A DNA stretch of 63,117 nt, filler included, from Choristocarpus tenellus KU-1152 (Eukaryota > Protista > Phaeophyceae), in the NCBI GenBank assembly GCA_964200185.2. It is 9 parts of 9 records of this genome, joined end to end, with 100 filler letters (N's around TTAATTAATTAA, not from the genome) between each part and the next. Parts side by side here need not be neighbours in the genome. Positions count along the whole stretch, not along the records: positions 1 to 18,405 come from CAXNAD020000557.1; positions 18,506 to 25,104 come from CAXNAD020007785.1; positions 25,205 to 29,875 come from CAXNAD020013530.1; 6 more parts are not named here. One strand, 5' to 3'. Position 1 is the first letter of the stretch. The number at the start of each line of letters is the position of its first letter. Below are positions 14,101-25,386 of the stretch, piece by piece. The position numbers and the translations under genes were made by a program. The notes under the pieces were generated by a model. That model saw only the letters and a list, made by a program, of their open reading frames with translations, was not told the DNA's origin and did no database searches.

Positions 14101-16549
14101 GATCTAATTAATCACATTGTTAATTAATAAACCTTAGATCTAATTAATCACATTGTTAACTAATGAAACGCCATCGACAACATGCAAATACTATAATTCA
14201 GTCGAGTTCACTTCTCAACAGTCGCACAGCAGAAGACTATAAATAAAAACACACTCCACACATCAAAGTACGTGTAAGATAAAAATAAAAATAATAATAA
14301 TAATAATAACAATAATATTCTTTACTGCTAGTCACAAAGAAGTGGACATATTATGTCACAGATTAATTAAATAAATCGACGTACATCATATCAGAGAACC
14401 ACAAAAGTATCACAAAAGTAAAGCTCAAAGCTACATCTTGAAGTATGTCCTTAACCTACTTACCTGTATGCAGAAGCCCATGTCCACAACCAGGCTCTTA
14501 GCATACCCAATCGCTAGAGACACTGTGTTATACGCCACTGCCGAGCTGCCGATATCAATATCGACTTCAAAATAGGAAGGCGTTCTGAAGTACCGACAAG
14601 TTAACTTAAATAAAAAAACAATCAGCAAAGTGCATGCAAACACAAAAACACATGCACACGCATGCACACACACACACACACATCAGAAAGGGTTGACAAC
14701 AAAGGTAAAAATATGGAGAGGAGAGAGGGCAGGGGCAAAGAAATAGTCACCATCAATTGGTGCCAAGGGGGTCATGTTGGGACAAAGTCAAAGGTGGGAT
14801 GAACCAAACAAGATGGAAAAGACAAGATATAAGTTGTACAACCAGACAACATTGACATGCATGCCTTCTTGTCTTTGATGAGAGTTGTTGATCACTTTCA
14901 CTTTCTTTCAAAAGAGAGTAATCATCTTTGAAAAGAGAACCGCTTTATACTCTACTTTCAATAATCCATCCACAAAACTAGTACAATATATTTCACATAC
15001 AAGATCCTACACGTGCTGGCTTGATAGTGATATGGGGCTGCCTCTAACTTCATCAGAGTTATACATGTGATGCACTCTCAACACAGACACACACACAACC
15101 ATAATTGGACAACATACACAATCCTCTCCACTTCCAACACCACAATAAACACCCCAACAACTCAGGGACAGATTCCACAGCCATGGAAACGTGTTGAGAT
15201 CCTCTTGGTTCTCATTATCCTCCCTTCACCCACCTACCCCCTCCCCCTTCTAAGAGGATGCACATGCAGATACTTTAAAGGTATACCTTCTTAGCAATGA
15301 GAGTAGGCTTGCATCCCACAGCCTTCCTGACAATCCATGGCCCCTCAAGGACAGAGGGTAACAGCTTAAACCGTTGGTTACGTAAGTCATCCCCTGGAAG
15401 GCGTCCCCCACCCCCGGCCTCCCCAAGACCCTCCCCGTCCAACTCCTCCTCAGGAAGGTCAATAAATTTCTGGAAAAGGTCCAAGAACCTGAAATATTTG
15501 CGTGCGATAGTTACCATCTCAGCGATGTTGTTCAGTAACTTGTTTCTGTAAGTGTTCAGATTTTCACAAAAACAATCAAACAACCTGACAGACTTTACCC
15601 AAGTCTCCAGCGAATATTTATCCAAAATGCAAGAAAAACTAAATCCTTCAAATTTATTATTTATCCAATTTTTCCAAGATAAATCCCTCCAAAAGGACAC
15701 CGCCTGACAAGGTACAGTAGCAACCCTTAGTTTTTTTTAAATTCTACTACACGACAAAAAAACCCCTCCAATTCCACACTAGCACTTCAATCACCAATAA
15801 TAATAAAAATAATCTAACATGTTCTCATACTTCTAGCACCTTCTCTATGTGGAAACAATTTCGAACCTCCAATTTCTCAACACCACCAATACATATCAAT
15901 ACATATCAATACATATCCAATTTCACAAAACCGCACCAACAAATGCAATAATAAAAAACAAATAATATAATAATTTGGTAAGTTCAACCCCCCCCCCCTC
16001 CCCCCCCCCAATGCCATGCTTACCCCTTAGGCCTGCCTCCTTCATCCCCCTTCACCACTGGTCCTCTCCCCTTCCCCCTCCCATGCTGCAATGCAATAGG
16101 CACTGCGTAGAAGAGCACCATAGACAAAGGCGGGTTTCCTGGAACCTGGGCGGGAGAAAGGAACGACTAAGAGCTCTCACACGTTTTCGCACGCTGCACA
16201 TATATGTGTTATTATCACCAAAATTGTGTGTGCGTTTGTGTTTGTGTATGTTGTACCTGCAGGTTGACAATGAAGAGGAACTCTCCTCCCTTCTTAAGGC
16301 GACGGACTACTTTTGCCCCACGTCCCACAGAGCCAACATTATCCACACGACCCAGTCCCGTATCCACCTGGATTAAACACATTGAGGGGGAGGGGGGGGG
16401 GGGGGGCATCACAGGTTTAGGCTGCCCCTATCCCCGAGAAAAACAATACTACCCTTTCCAGATTGTAGTGNNNNNNNNNNCCACACCTGCCCCCCCCCGC
16501 CCCGCACCATTAGCCCCCGCGCCGGGCCACGTGCGAGATGCGGGGTGGG

Positions 16550-16584
<35 letters not shown>

Positions 16585-18288
16585 GCATCACAGATTTAGG
16601 CTGCCCTTATCTCTGAGAAAAACAATACTACCCTTTCCAGATTGTAGTGTAAAACAATTTTTTAACCATTGCTTTGTTATTATAATGTGATTAATGTCGT
16701 GTTGCTAGTTATTTTTTGCAGAATCCTAATATGAGCAAGCACCGCCTATAGAGTTAGGGTTACTACAATATATGTAATATAGTAGAAAAAGATATTAATA
16801 CGTAATATTCAGTGTACTGAAACCACCTAACACAATAGTACTACAAGAATATATACTCCTAGTTCCCAGTCTTTGTAGCATGATCTGAAAAATAGCCAGC
16901 AACTCCCTATCCTGCCTCCTCTATTGGTACTCTCACATGTCACACTGAAAATAATAATAATAATAATTATTATTATTATTATTATAGTAATACAGAGGGA
17001 GTGAAGTAGAGTGTAAAAAAGAGAGTACCAAATACAAAAAAAAACTTGATAAACACAGTTTCGTCTTGTTCTAAAAAAAATAATATCATGTTAAGTTGGG
17101 GTCTGTATAAATGACACTAAATCAGGTGCACAAAACCAAAGAATCCAATCACCAGTATTCAACCCCTAACAGTAAATAAGTAAGATAAAGACTAGTAATA
17201 CTGCAAACGATCATAGGTAGTAATCTCCACCAATCACTACCTCTCGCTAAATAAATAAAACATGAAAGGTGTAAAAATAATCCTGTACGTAATACTTTGG
17301 GGTACACCCTGATTCGTCAATCAAAAATGCTAAGTAAAAGCACTTCACCTCCATCAAAAATACTCAACTAAACCACACACTATTCCCAAACCCCACCCAA
17401 ACCCCCCACCCCTACACTTTGATCTGTACCAAACTAACCTTGAAAAGATCTGCTCTCAGAAGCCTTCCAAATGGCTCCCCTACCCCCACCTTAGCCCTAT
17501 CCACCAGGTACCCTGCTCCTCTCAAGCGGAACCCATGGCAAGGTCCACAATCCAGTAACGTATCTGAATACTGCGGACTGCTAAGCGGGTGCTCGATAGA
17601 GCCAGCACAAATACCCCCTCCCCTAGAGCCAACTCCTTCACCCTTTGTGCTTGGCCCCGTCCCTTCTCCTTCACCATTGCCATCAACACCAAAAGGGTCA
17701 TCTTTAGAGTTTCCCCTTGGAAAGAGTAGTCTGCCCGGACCCTGAGGCTTTTCTGGAGACTAAGGAGGGATAGAGAGGGCAGGAATGGGGGCATGGCAAG
17801 ACCAGTGAGCAATACCAGATGAAACGGATACTGTAAGCACAAGATAAAGTGTCTTCAACGTGTGGGACATACCTACACAAAGATTACATAGTACCAGTAC
17901 ATGGGTGAAGATTAGATGATTATGTATATATATAATAATTAAAAAAAGATACACACATGTACAGTACACTCTACAGTGCAACCTTAGTACCTCTAAAGCT
18001 CACTGCGATAGAGCAATGGAAGGGGCAGAGACAGCACCAAGCAGCACAACAGAACCGACCAAGCAAACAACATACTAGAATACTATTAATATTAATATTA
18101 ATATTAATACTATTAATATTATAGTACTTAATACACACCAAACGGACACTGGCAGCGGTCTTGATTATGGCATCATGGCCAGCCCACTCTCCCTGCCTGT
18201 GCAGGTATAGTGGTGTGGCTGCCCTGTGGTCCAGGCAGTGGATAGCAACTGCACCCATAAGTACATCTTCAGAGTCTTTTTCACACTC
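5407..18288 (-). CDS. Multi-domain EDR2 C-terminal (DUF1336) protein with 2 complete domains plus the probable tail of a third; 5' end lost at the contig break
   Basis: Exons in transcript order: 18288-18139, 17759-17439, 16367-16257, 16145-16024, 15488-15287, 14604-14464, 13113-13009, 11318-11247, 10774-10706, possible small exons near 10600 and 10090, 9898-9832, 9382-9262, 8752-8641, 8439-8315, 7037-6876, 6265-6148, 5499-5407 (stop TGA). All phases join. Domain A: FRLRGAGYLVDRAK..ADLF..FIVNLQVPG..RNQRFKLLPSVLEGPWIVRKAVGCKP..YFEVDIDIGSS..ELPEVMLG. Domain B: LRTRSATYL..FVVNVQIPG..RNNRLKMFPSVVEGPFLVRKAIG..YLEADIDVGSN..ELPERLIG. Confidence 0.88.
11560..11806. repeat. Two direct copies of an approximately 80-bp unit with CCAAT motifs (intronic)
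   Basis: cctcagccaatcagagag(t/c)aagattaagccattggaaccaatcaggggatgcaaactctcac occurs at 11560 and 11725. Confidence 0.85.
12794..12873. repeat. 15-bp tandem repeat (aaaaccccacatatc) x5
   Basis: Read directly; it produces the spurious WGFDM-repeat ORF. Confidence 0.9.
13778..14165. repeat. 36-bp AT-rich minisatellite, 10 full units plus a partial unit, intronic
   Basis: Unit aaccttagatctaattaatcacattgttaattaata repeated head-to-tail from 13806 to 14165 with no spacers. Confidence 0.95.
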
Positions 18289-18405
18289 CTAACACAAGAG
18301 GCACAAATGCCGAACCAAGGGTTAGGGTTAGGAACAAATGCACGCCTTAGCAAGGTGGGTGAGAAGGATTGCGTGAGTGGGGCAGCACTCCTATGTGGGA
18401 AAGAA

Positions 18406-18505
18406 NNNNNNNNNNNNNNNNNNNNNNNNNNNNNNNNNNNNNNNNNNNNTTAATTAATTAANNNNNNNNNNNNNNNNNNNNNNNNNNNNNNNNNNNNNNN
18501 NNNNN
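18406..18505. other. Artificial contig linker N44-TTAATTAATTAA-N44
   Basis: Identical 100-nt blocks also at 25105-25204, 29876-29975, 36492-36591, 47512-47611, 50633-50732, 55105-55204 and 60153-60252. The core puts stops in all six frames. Confidence 0.97.
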
Positions 18506-18524
18506 GGGGGGGCGGTGGGGTCTG

Positions 18525-18557
<33 letters not shown>

Positions 18558-18696
18558 TCCCTTTTGAGGGACTATGTGCAAAAAAACAAGCTGGTTTGTG
18601 GGGGATTGCTGCGAGAAAAAAATTCACTCACTTCCAAAGGGCAGACAGCATGCAAGGGCTCTGTGGCACAATAACATACTGTGTTGTATGCCTCAC

Positions 18697-18875
18697 CTTG
18701 CCCGTAGCTTTTGCTGCAGCACAAACTCGTACTCCGCTCCCATGGTCCTCCGAACCCTGTCAATGTGGGGCGAATAGTCTCTGTCTTCCTCAAGGCAGAG
18801 TTCAATTTCCCCCCTCAAGCGGTTATCCATGATCAGACTTGGAGTGTGCATGAGCTTAACCACAGGTATCCCTGG

Positions 18876-18911
<36 letters not shown>

Positions 18912-21320
18912 AATCATTCCAAGGGCTGGGGTTAAGGTAGTCCTTGGCAAAGACAATGCACCTCCAACTATCAGTGAAATAGGGGAAAGCATGGAGAAAT
19001 GAAACGCAGGTTTTAAGGGCACAGGGTTGACAAAAAATTCAGGGTTTTTCACCGGGTACGGAAATTTAAAAAGTCTTGTCCACGAGCCGGACCGGTCCCA
19101 CAGTTATTTAACATGTCCCAGTCCATATCCACTAGGTATTGAACCAGTCCATGTCCATGTCCATGTCCACGTCCGGACCAGTCCCACAGTTATTTAACAT
19201 GTCCCAGTCCATATCCACTAGGGTATTGAACCGATTCATATCCATGTCTGGACAGTCCCACAGTTATTTAACACATCTCAGTCCATGTACAAAGGGTATT
19301 GTATCGGTCCATGTCCACCGGCTGGTCAGTCTAACGTTTTCCCTTGCATGTCTGAACCATGGCCCATGAGTTCAATTTTTTTCTGGCATATCCATGCCAT
19401 GTCCACTACGTGTTGTAAAAGTGTGAACGTGAGACGTTCACACACACACACGGATCATGAATCAGGTCCAACACCCAATAACGTATTTGAATTGAATTTA
19501 CAATTTTAATATTCTAAATTAAACAATATGAACTAGTGTAGAAATATCAGTATATACAATATAATTAGTACTTACAGTAGTAGAAATTGGAAATTTAGGA
19601 TACAATATCAAAGAGTGGTAAAATGTCAAATAGGAGGCATGGCCATGACATGGCCGGCCCAAGTGTACAAAAAATATTACCTTACCAGCCATAGATAAAA
19701 TGCTCTAATATGGCCGAGTCCATGGCCATCACTTACTCAACATGACTGGGGCCACCACCGGCCATGTAAAACCAAGTTTGAACGTGACCGAGTCCATGGC
19801 CATTGACTGTTTCAACATGACCGGGCCACGGACTGTCCAGTGACCATATGGCAGACAGTGGACATGGTAACTGCCTGGCACGATGAAAAGCCCTGAAAAA
19901 TCGGGTAACCATGTCCGAATCTTCAACTTTGGGAAGGTAAAGTGGGGGGGGGGGGAGGGGGGCTGGAGTAATATGTTGCAATAAACTGCGGGGAAAAATA
20001 GGTAAAAGCAACAAAAATTGCACTGTAAAACACAAACACTCTTTGGCTTATTTTTATTAATCGCACATAATGGTGTGCCACTTCAAGAATCTCGAGCATG
20101 ATAGCCCTTAAGAACTATAGACAGGTGTTGCACCATCCACAAGGAAGACAACATTATATGTCAAAAAGAAGAGAGTGTCGCCCTTGGTTTGGTTTCTTTT
20201 AGGGCAACCCTGGAAAAACCCATCTCGCTCAAGGGAAACGGGTACCTATGAGCAATCCCTATATCACCTATGCGACCCCATGAACACCCTCTCGAAAAAG
20301 CGACAAGACAAACGTAACTAGTGCCTTGGGGAATCTCGCAGCGTGGAACACAAGTCCCTCGCTGCAAAAACATGACTACATACTACATAAGACAGGCTAC
20401 TACAAATAGAAACCCGCAACAAGATTATTTGTGGTTGCAACTGAAGGGAAAACAAGGGTGGGTACAATCATCGCATTGATCTTTATCTAGTCCGCACAAC
20501 CCATAATGAAGTTCAGGTTCATAGGAAAAGACCGAGACGGGAACAGGACATGATAAGAGAGATGATGCCATGGAAGAACCCACCTGGTTCCAATACGCTG
20601 ACGAGCACCCTGGCAAGAAGGTACGGCGAATATGTCACACCTGGATGACGGGCAATGTCAAGAATCCGCTCGCCTCGTTGATAGCGTGTCCTGCAATATG
20701 TGGGGTACGTAATGCCAACAGGAGCGAAAGGCATACTCAAAGTTAGCGCACATCATTCTCCACGCCGAAATGCGGATGGGCAGCATATCAAGACACAGAT
20801 ATGTCTCATACATCACGACCCCTGCCTCCTGCATGTGAAGGTGAATTCCAGTTCCACAATATCTCGAGTTCACGGGGGGGCTCGCGTACAGATGCCACTC
20901 TTTCTGCCTTGTTTGAGAATGATCCGGGATGAGAAACTCACAAGAACTCATTGGTCCTCTGCTTGCAACGCCAGTCAATCCTCCTGATATGCCTGCCGAA
21001 AGCAAGCAAGGTAAGATGTGCCACCCTTCGATATGTATACAGTCATATCAACATATGTGAAAGAGGGTCACATCCAGCAAGTCATGAATGTCGATTGTTG
21101 CAAATGGCCTCCAAAATCAGTCGAAACGAAGGACAGTAAAGAGCATAACGGGAGCTACCCTCCTTCCACCCGACCTGGAAAATATCTGACGCCGTAAGCT
21201 GTGAACCGAATCGAATGGAAGGCCTTCGTCGGCGGTAATGGTGGGAGTGAGGTCAAATCCTCCTTCTATACTCCTCCAACACAGGCGAACTGCTACGTTA
21301 TACTTGGCCACTTGCATCAT
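18697..21320 (-). CDS. CDIN1: CDAN1-interacting nuclease 1 (C15orf41/TPD domain) homolog, 3'-truncated
   Basis: Exons 21320-21175, 20992-20942, 20690-20584, 18871-18697 with consistent phases: MMQVAKYNVAV..LPFDSVHSLRRQIFSRHIRR..TRYQRGERILDIARHPGVTYSPYLLARVLV..PSLIMDNRLRGEIELCLEEDRDYSPHIDRVRRTMGAEYEFVLQQKL. This matches the recalled CDIN1 N-terminal HTH region and the D..YSP..D..R...G.EYE..L motif. The TPD nuclease motif would lie beyond the break. Confidence 0.85.
19040..19895. mobile_element. Non-autonomous hAT-like TIR element (MITE) in a CDIN1 intron
   Basis: The left end cagggtttttcaccggg matches the reverse complement of the right end, cagggcttttcatcgtg. Internal subterminal repeats (ggaccagtcccacagttatttaaca x3, many ccatggcc). 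The TSD is only imperfect. Confidence 0.7.
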
Positions 21321-21653
21321 CCTGTCCACGGAGGCTAGACAGCAGCCGCCGCGGTATCACCTTGGCATGTACGCCAGATTTCAGTGACAATACCCTGCGC
21401 AGCGTCCCGAATGCACTTCAACTACCATATACCAAGATTTGGTTAGGGACAGAACAGGAGAGTTGTAATATTTACTGTGTATTTTAAATGAAGTGGAGAC
21501 TTCTATCACACATAGTGGCGCGCGAAGGCACGCGCCAGAGGATTTGAGAGGTATGAAACGTTTCTATGTTAACAACACTTCTCACTTCTTCTGTGAGGAA
21601 GGATTGAGCCCACTTGTGTCCACCGCTACCTTCGTAAAAGCGTGTTATTGGCC
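21321..21653. promoter_or_regulatory. Putative bidirectional promoter between CDIN1 and the beta-helix gene
   Basis: Divergent ATGs at 21320 (-) and 21654 (+), 333 bp apart, in a CpG-rich patch. Confidence 0.55.
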
Positions 21654-24600
21654 ATGCGCCTCTCAGCTCTCCACTTTTTGCTGGTCTTAGGGTATTGCAC
21701 TGCAAGAAAGGTGACACCACTAGCCTTAGTCGCCTCACCACAATTCATCCTTACAACTCTCAAAAAACTCTACAACGACGAAGCAGCGATGGGGCAATAG
21801 CTTGTTGACCTACTAACTACGCTGATTCTAATCTGATGCGCAATTAATATGTTATATCCTCTTTCCAGATTTATGTGTCTCCTGCTGAACCTGGTTCGGA
21901 AAACCCGAATCCCCTTCAAGACGGAATTGATGAGGCAAAGGCAGGGGACACACTAATACTACAGCCAGGCCTTGTGAGGATGAAAGAACTTCAATTGACA
22001 ATATATGTTGCATTTTCCCCTATGATTAGACGCCTTGCACCTTCACCAGGTGTCTCACCATCCTTCAGGTCCTAACACCAAAATTTCCAAGTAAGGTCGA
22101 TATGGAAACAACCAGTCTCCTTCATGTGACACCATGTCCTCTAGCAAGACTCAATAATACCCCCAACAGTCAACATGCTCTTTCCCCAGCTCAACAGCCT
22201 GTCGTCTTTCGATATCTTCATATATTCGCCCATCAAATACACTAAACGGTCCGTTCATATTGACAATTCCTCTTCGACACATGACACAGTACTTCGAGGA
22301 TATCGAGAGCTGGTCCCATGGCACTGAGAGTGAACCGATCACTATCACAGGTCCACCTACTGCGATTGTTCGTGGCGCCGGTGGCTCTCGAGTAGTTCTA
22401 ATCACTCATAACAATATCCACCTCGAGGGCTTCACAGTGGACGGGATAGGGTATGCCACCATTCACATTCCCATGGCAGTTTGATTTCTTGAGATTAGGC
22501 TGGTATAAACCCCGGTGCCTTCCAACACAAACCTTGTACATCCACCCATCCAAAGTTGTATTAGCACTAATTAATCCCACTGGTGCAATATTTAAGGTAC
22601 CAATTGTTCAAGATAGTTAAAAATGACTTCTCCATTATCCCTGAATCTCATGGCTTGATGTAAGCACTGTTGGGCTGATTCCTTAAATGGAGTGTGTGAA
22701 AATTACAGGGCTGCACTCCCCAACAGCTGCATCGGAGGTATTACTTCAATGCGGCGCAAGATAGGAGGCAAGGGTACTGAAATTCGGCCTAGATGTACAT
22801 GTAGCACCGTCTGAAGTCATCAAGCTTTTTCTCTCTTCTTCGCGTTCGAGGTGCTCCATGTGTAATCCCCTGCACTCCCCAACCACTCAACTGGATATTT
22901 CAATCCAGACACAACATGATAGGGGGGAAAGACGCCTCCAAATTTCGAAAGCACCTCATACATGTGCATGGCCTTAGTGAACCGGGGGTGACTCACTTTG
23001 CTGGTCATGAGCACAAGTCGTCTGTTGTGGGCTTTGTCTCATCTGGTATGCATCTAATCAATGCAGAAGGGGACTGCCTCAAGGTATGCAGTGAGATGGG
23101 AATAGTCTTGCAAGGAGGGAACCTGATATTATGTAACGATGACAAGAAAACGTAAACATGGGACTGACACATATGCCGCACGGTCAACCTGTTGTTATCA
23201 TGGTGTCCTTGAGCTGCTGCTCATTGCTCAGGGTATTTTTCTCGAATTATTGATGTTCCCTATTTCTACTCGTATCTCTCAGGATTCTCAAACAACATGA
23301 CCATGACAATACTGTGTCACTGTTCATCAGTGAGATGTTTCCTCCATTCTGAAAATTTGAACAAGAAGATACCATGACAGAATCACCCACTCATGACTTG
23401 CTACCTAGAAATATATAATTACATATTGCTTAGATTCAACTTACACTCCATTAACTGGCAATATTATCCAAGGAGCGAGAGCTTGGTGAGAAAGGGCCAC
23501 CAGCACAGTCCATGCTGCCTCTGGTCTGAATACGGGCAATATTTTCGCACATCAAATAGATCTAAGAATGTTGCAATCTGCCAAAGGGTCTCTAACCACC
23601 CTCTTGCATACATGGTCAGTAATATTCCATTTTTTTACTCCATCTGGCTATAACATTCTCCTCTCTTGATATCTTGAATGTGGGGGGAGGGGACTCATCC
23701 ACGTGCAGATTGGATACTTCGTCACTCACTCAAAAGTCGAGAACAACAATATTTCATATTGTGGGAGATCTAAAGTGAGTAATTCTCTGCAAACAACATG
23801 ATATGTTGCTCCCTGACCTTGTTGAAGATAGAAAAATATTATGAAAAAGTACTTCAGGCACAGCAAAAATGCAGGAAAATTGACTCATTTCTTGTGACTC
23901 TGACATTTGACTGCAAGTATTAGTGTAGACTGATTTTCGAGTTTTGAGTTGTCTTATTCTTCTTATCCATACTGTTCTACCCCTTCTCTCCGAGCACTAC
24001 CTGTTTCAGGCCCTTGAGTTCATAGGATCCTCATTGCCTGGCCAACTATCAACTACTTATTTCAGACTGCAGAAAGTTCACACTGTCAATTCCAAAAAGG
24101 TTTTGCGTCGATATTGCGATTGAAAGATGGCCGCACTTCCTTTTCCAGTGAAAGTTTGCACCCTGAATATATATATATTCTTCACACTTCTCAATGGTGC
24201 TATTTGTGGTAGTTGAGTAGCCCTAGAGTCCTGCATCTGTCTTACGCTTCTGGATTTAGTAGCAACTCATCAACTTTTGTAGAACCCCTAAACATATCCC
24301 TTTCCCCCCTGTCTCTAATGTGTGGCTGACCCTCACCACCACTGCATAGATCCTATGTGAGGGTAGGGAGTGTGGTAACGGGATTCACCTTGGTACTTCA
24401 TTCATCCTCCGTGGCGAAAACGTTGGTGGGGAGGTTGATGAAACCGCTTGGAACATTGTCAGGAACAACAGGTAATCTTATGTGACAAATTCAATCAGAG
24501 AAGTGCTTCAGCAGAATTGGTTTCAAAAAGAGCAATAAATGCAAAAGTAGAGGAGGTAAATAGAAAGGCCTCCACAGCCTTTGCTGAGACAACTGCCCAG

Positions 24601-24942
24601 TGAGAACAGGTGTAAGCAAATCAGAGCACTCTATATGTTTCATTTTCCCATCCAATTGAAACCAATCCAGTCCCCAGTTTCTCCACACCATTATCCTCAC
24701 TCGTGTGACAGCCTTATAAGATCTTTGTACACCATTGGGATTGCCTACCTAAAAATGTAGTGGGAAGCAATGCATCAGAAGCCCTGGTACATTTTTCCCA
24801 TAGGTTCCACCCATCTTTCTTCACTATCCTTAAAACAGAGTGAATACTGTTGGCAGAAGCTGCATCTTATTGCAAGAGGGCACAAGGGATAACCTAGTCC
24901 AGGGAAACACATGTCATACGTCACTCAACAAAGATTCCTCAG
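21654..24942 (+). CDS. Secreted right-handed parallel beta-helix (pectin lyase-like/PbH1) protein, 3'-truncated
   Basis: Exons 21654-21710 (MRLSALHFLLVLGYCTA, signal-peptide-like), 21869-21973, 22290-22450, 22727-22737, 22923-23083, 23709-23774, 24350-24471, 24839-24942. Motifs LQDGIDEAKAGDTLILQPGLY, GTESEPITITG, HNNIHLEGFTVDG, VENNNISYCG, GNGIHLGT, NIVRNNRV, NLVQGNTC. Confidence 0.85.
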
Positions 24943-24996
24943 GTAAGATGAAGGAAGAACCTAGCACAGGGAGGGCTTGGGATATGAGTGAAACTA

Positions 24997-25104
24997 TCTT
25001 AGAGGGTACGAAGTTTTCCCTGTTTGTCCATTTGTGGGGGTTGGCTTCCCATGGGTTTTTTATGACATTTTCCAACTCCAAAATGTTTCGGAGTAGGTAA
25101 AATG
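24997..25104 (-). mobile_element. Truncated copy of the TCTTAGAGGGTA-TIR MITE
   Basis: Closely similar to the reverse complement of about 52787-52894; runs into the contig break. Confidence 0.75.
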
Positions 25105-25355
25105 NNNNNNNNNNNNNNNNNNNNNNNNNNNNNNNNNNNNNNNNNNNNTTAATTAATTAANNNNNNNNNNNNNNNNNNNNNNNNNNNNNNNNNNNNNNNN
25201 NNNNGGGAGGGGAAAGGGGGGCGGGCGGGAAGGGGAAGTGAAAAAAATCACTTTAAAAAAAAATCAAGAGTCACCACAACCACAAAGTAGGATTTAAAAA
25301 AAAAAATCAAATATACAATGTACGTACTAAAAAATCTGATAAATCAAATCAATTA

Positions 25356-25386
<31 letters not shown>

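Noticed and set aside
13778-14165. 36-bp repeats as a CRISPR array
   Set aside because: The units are contiguous with no unique spacers, there are no cas genes, and the array is inside a eukaryotic intron.
16405-16649. Approximately 65-bp direct repeat on either side of the 10-N gap
   Set aside because: Most likely an unmerged overlap of contig ends next to poly-G runs.
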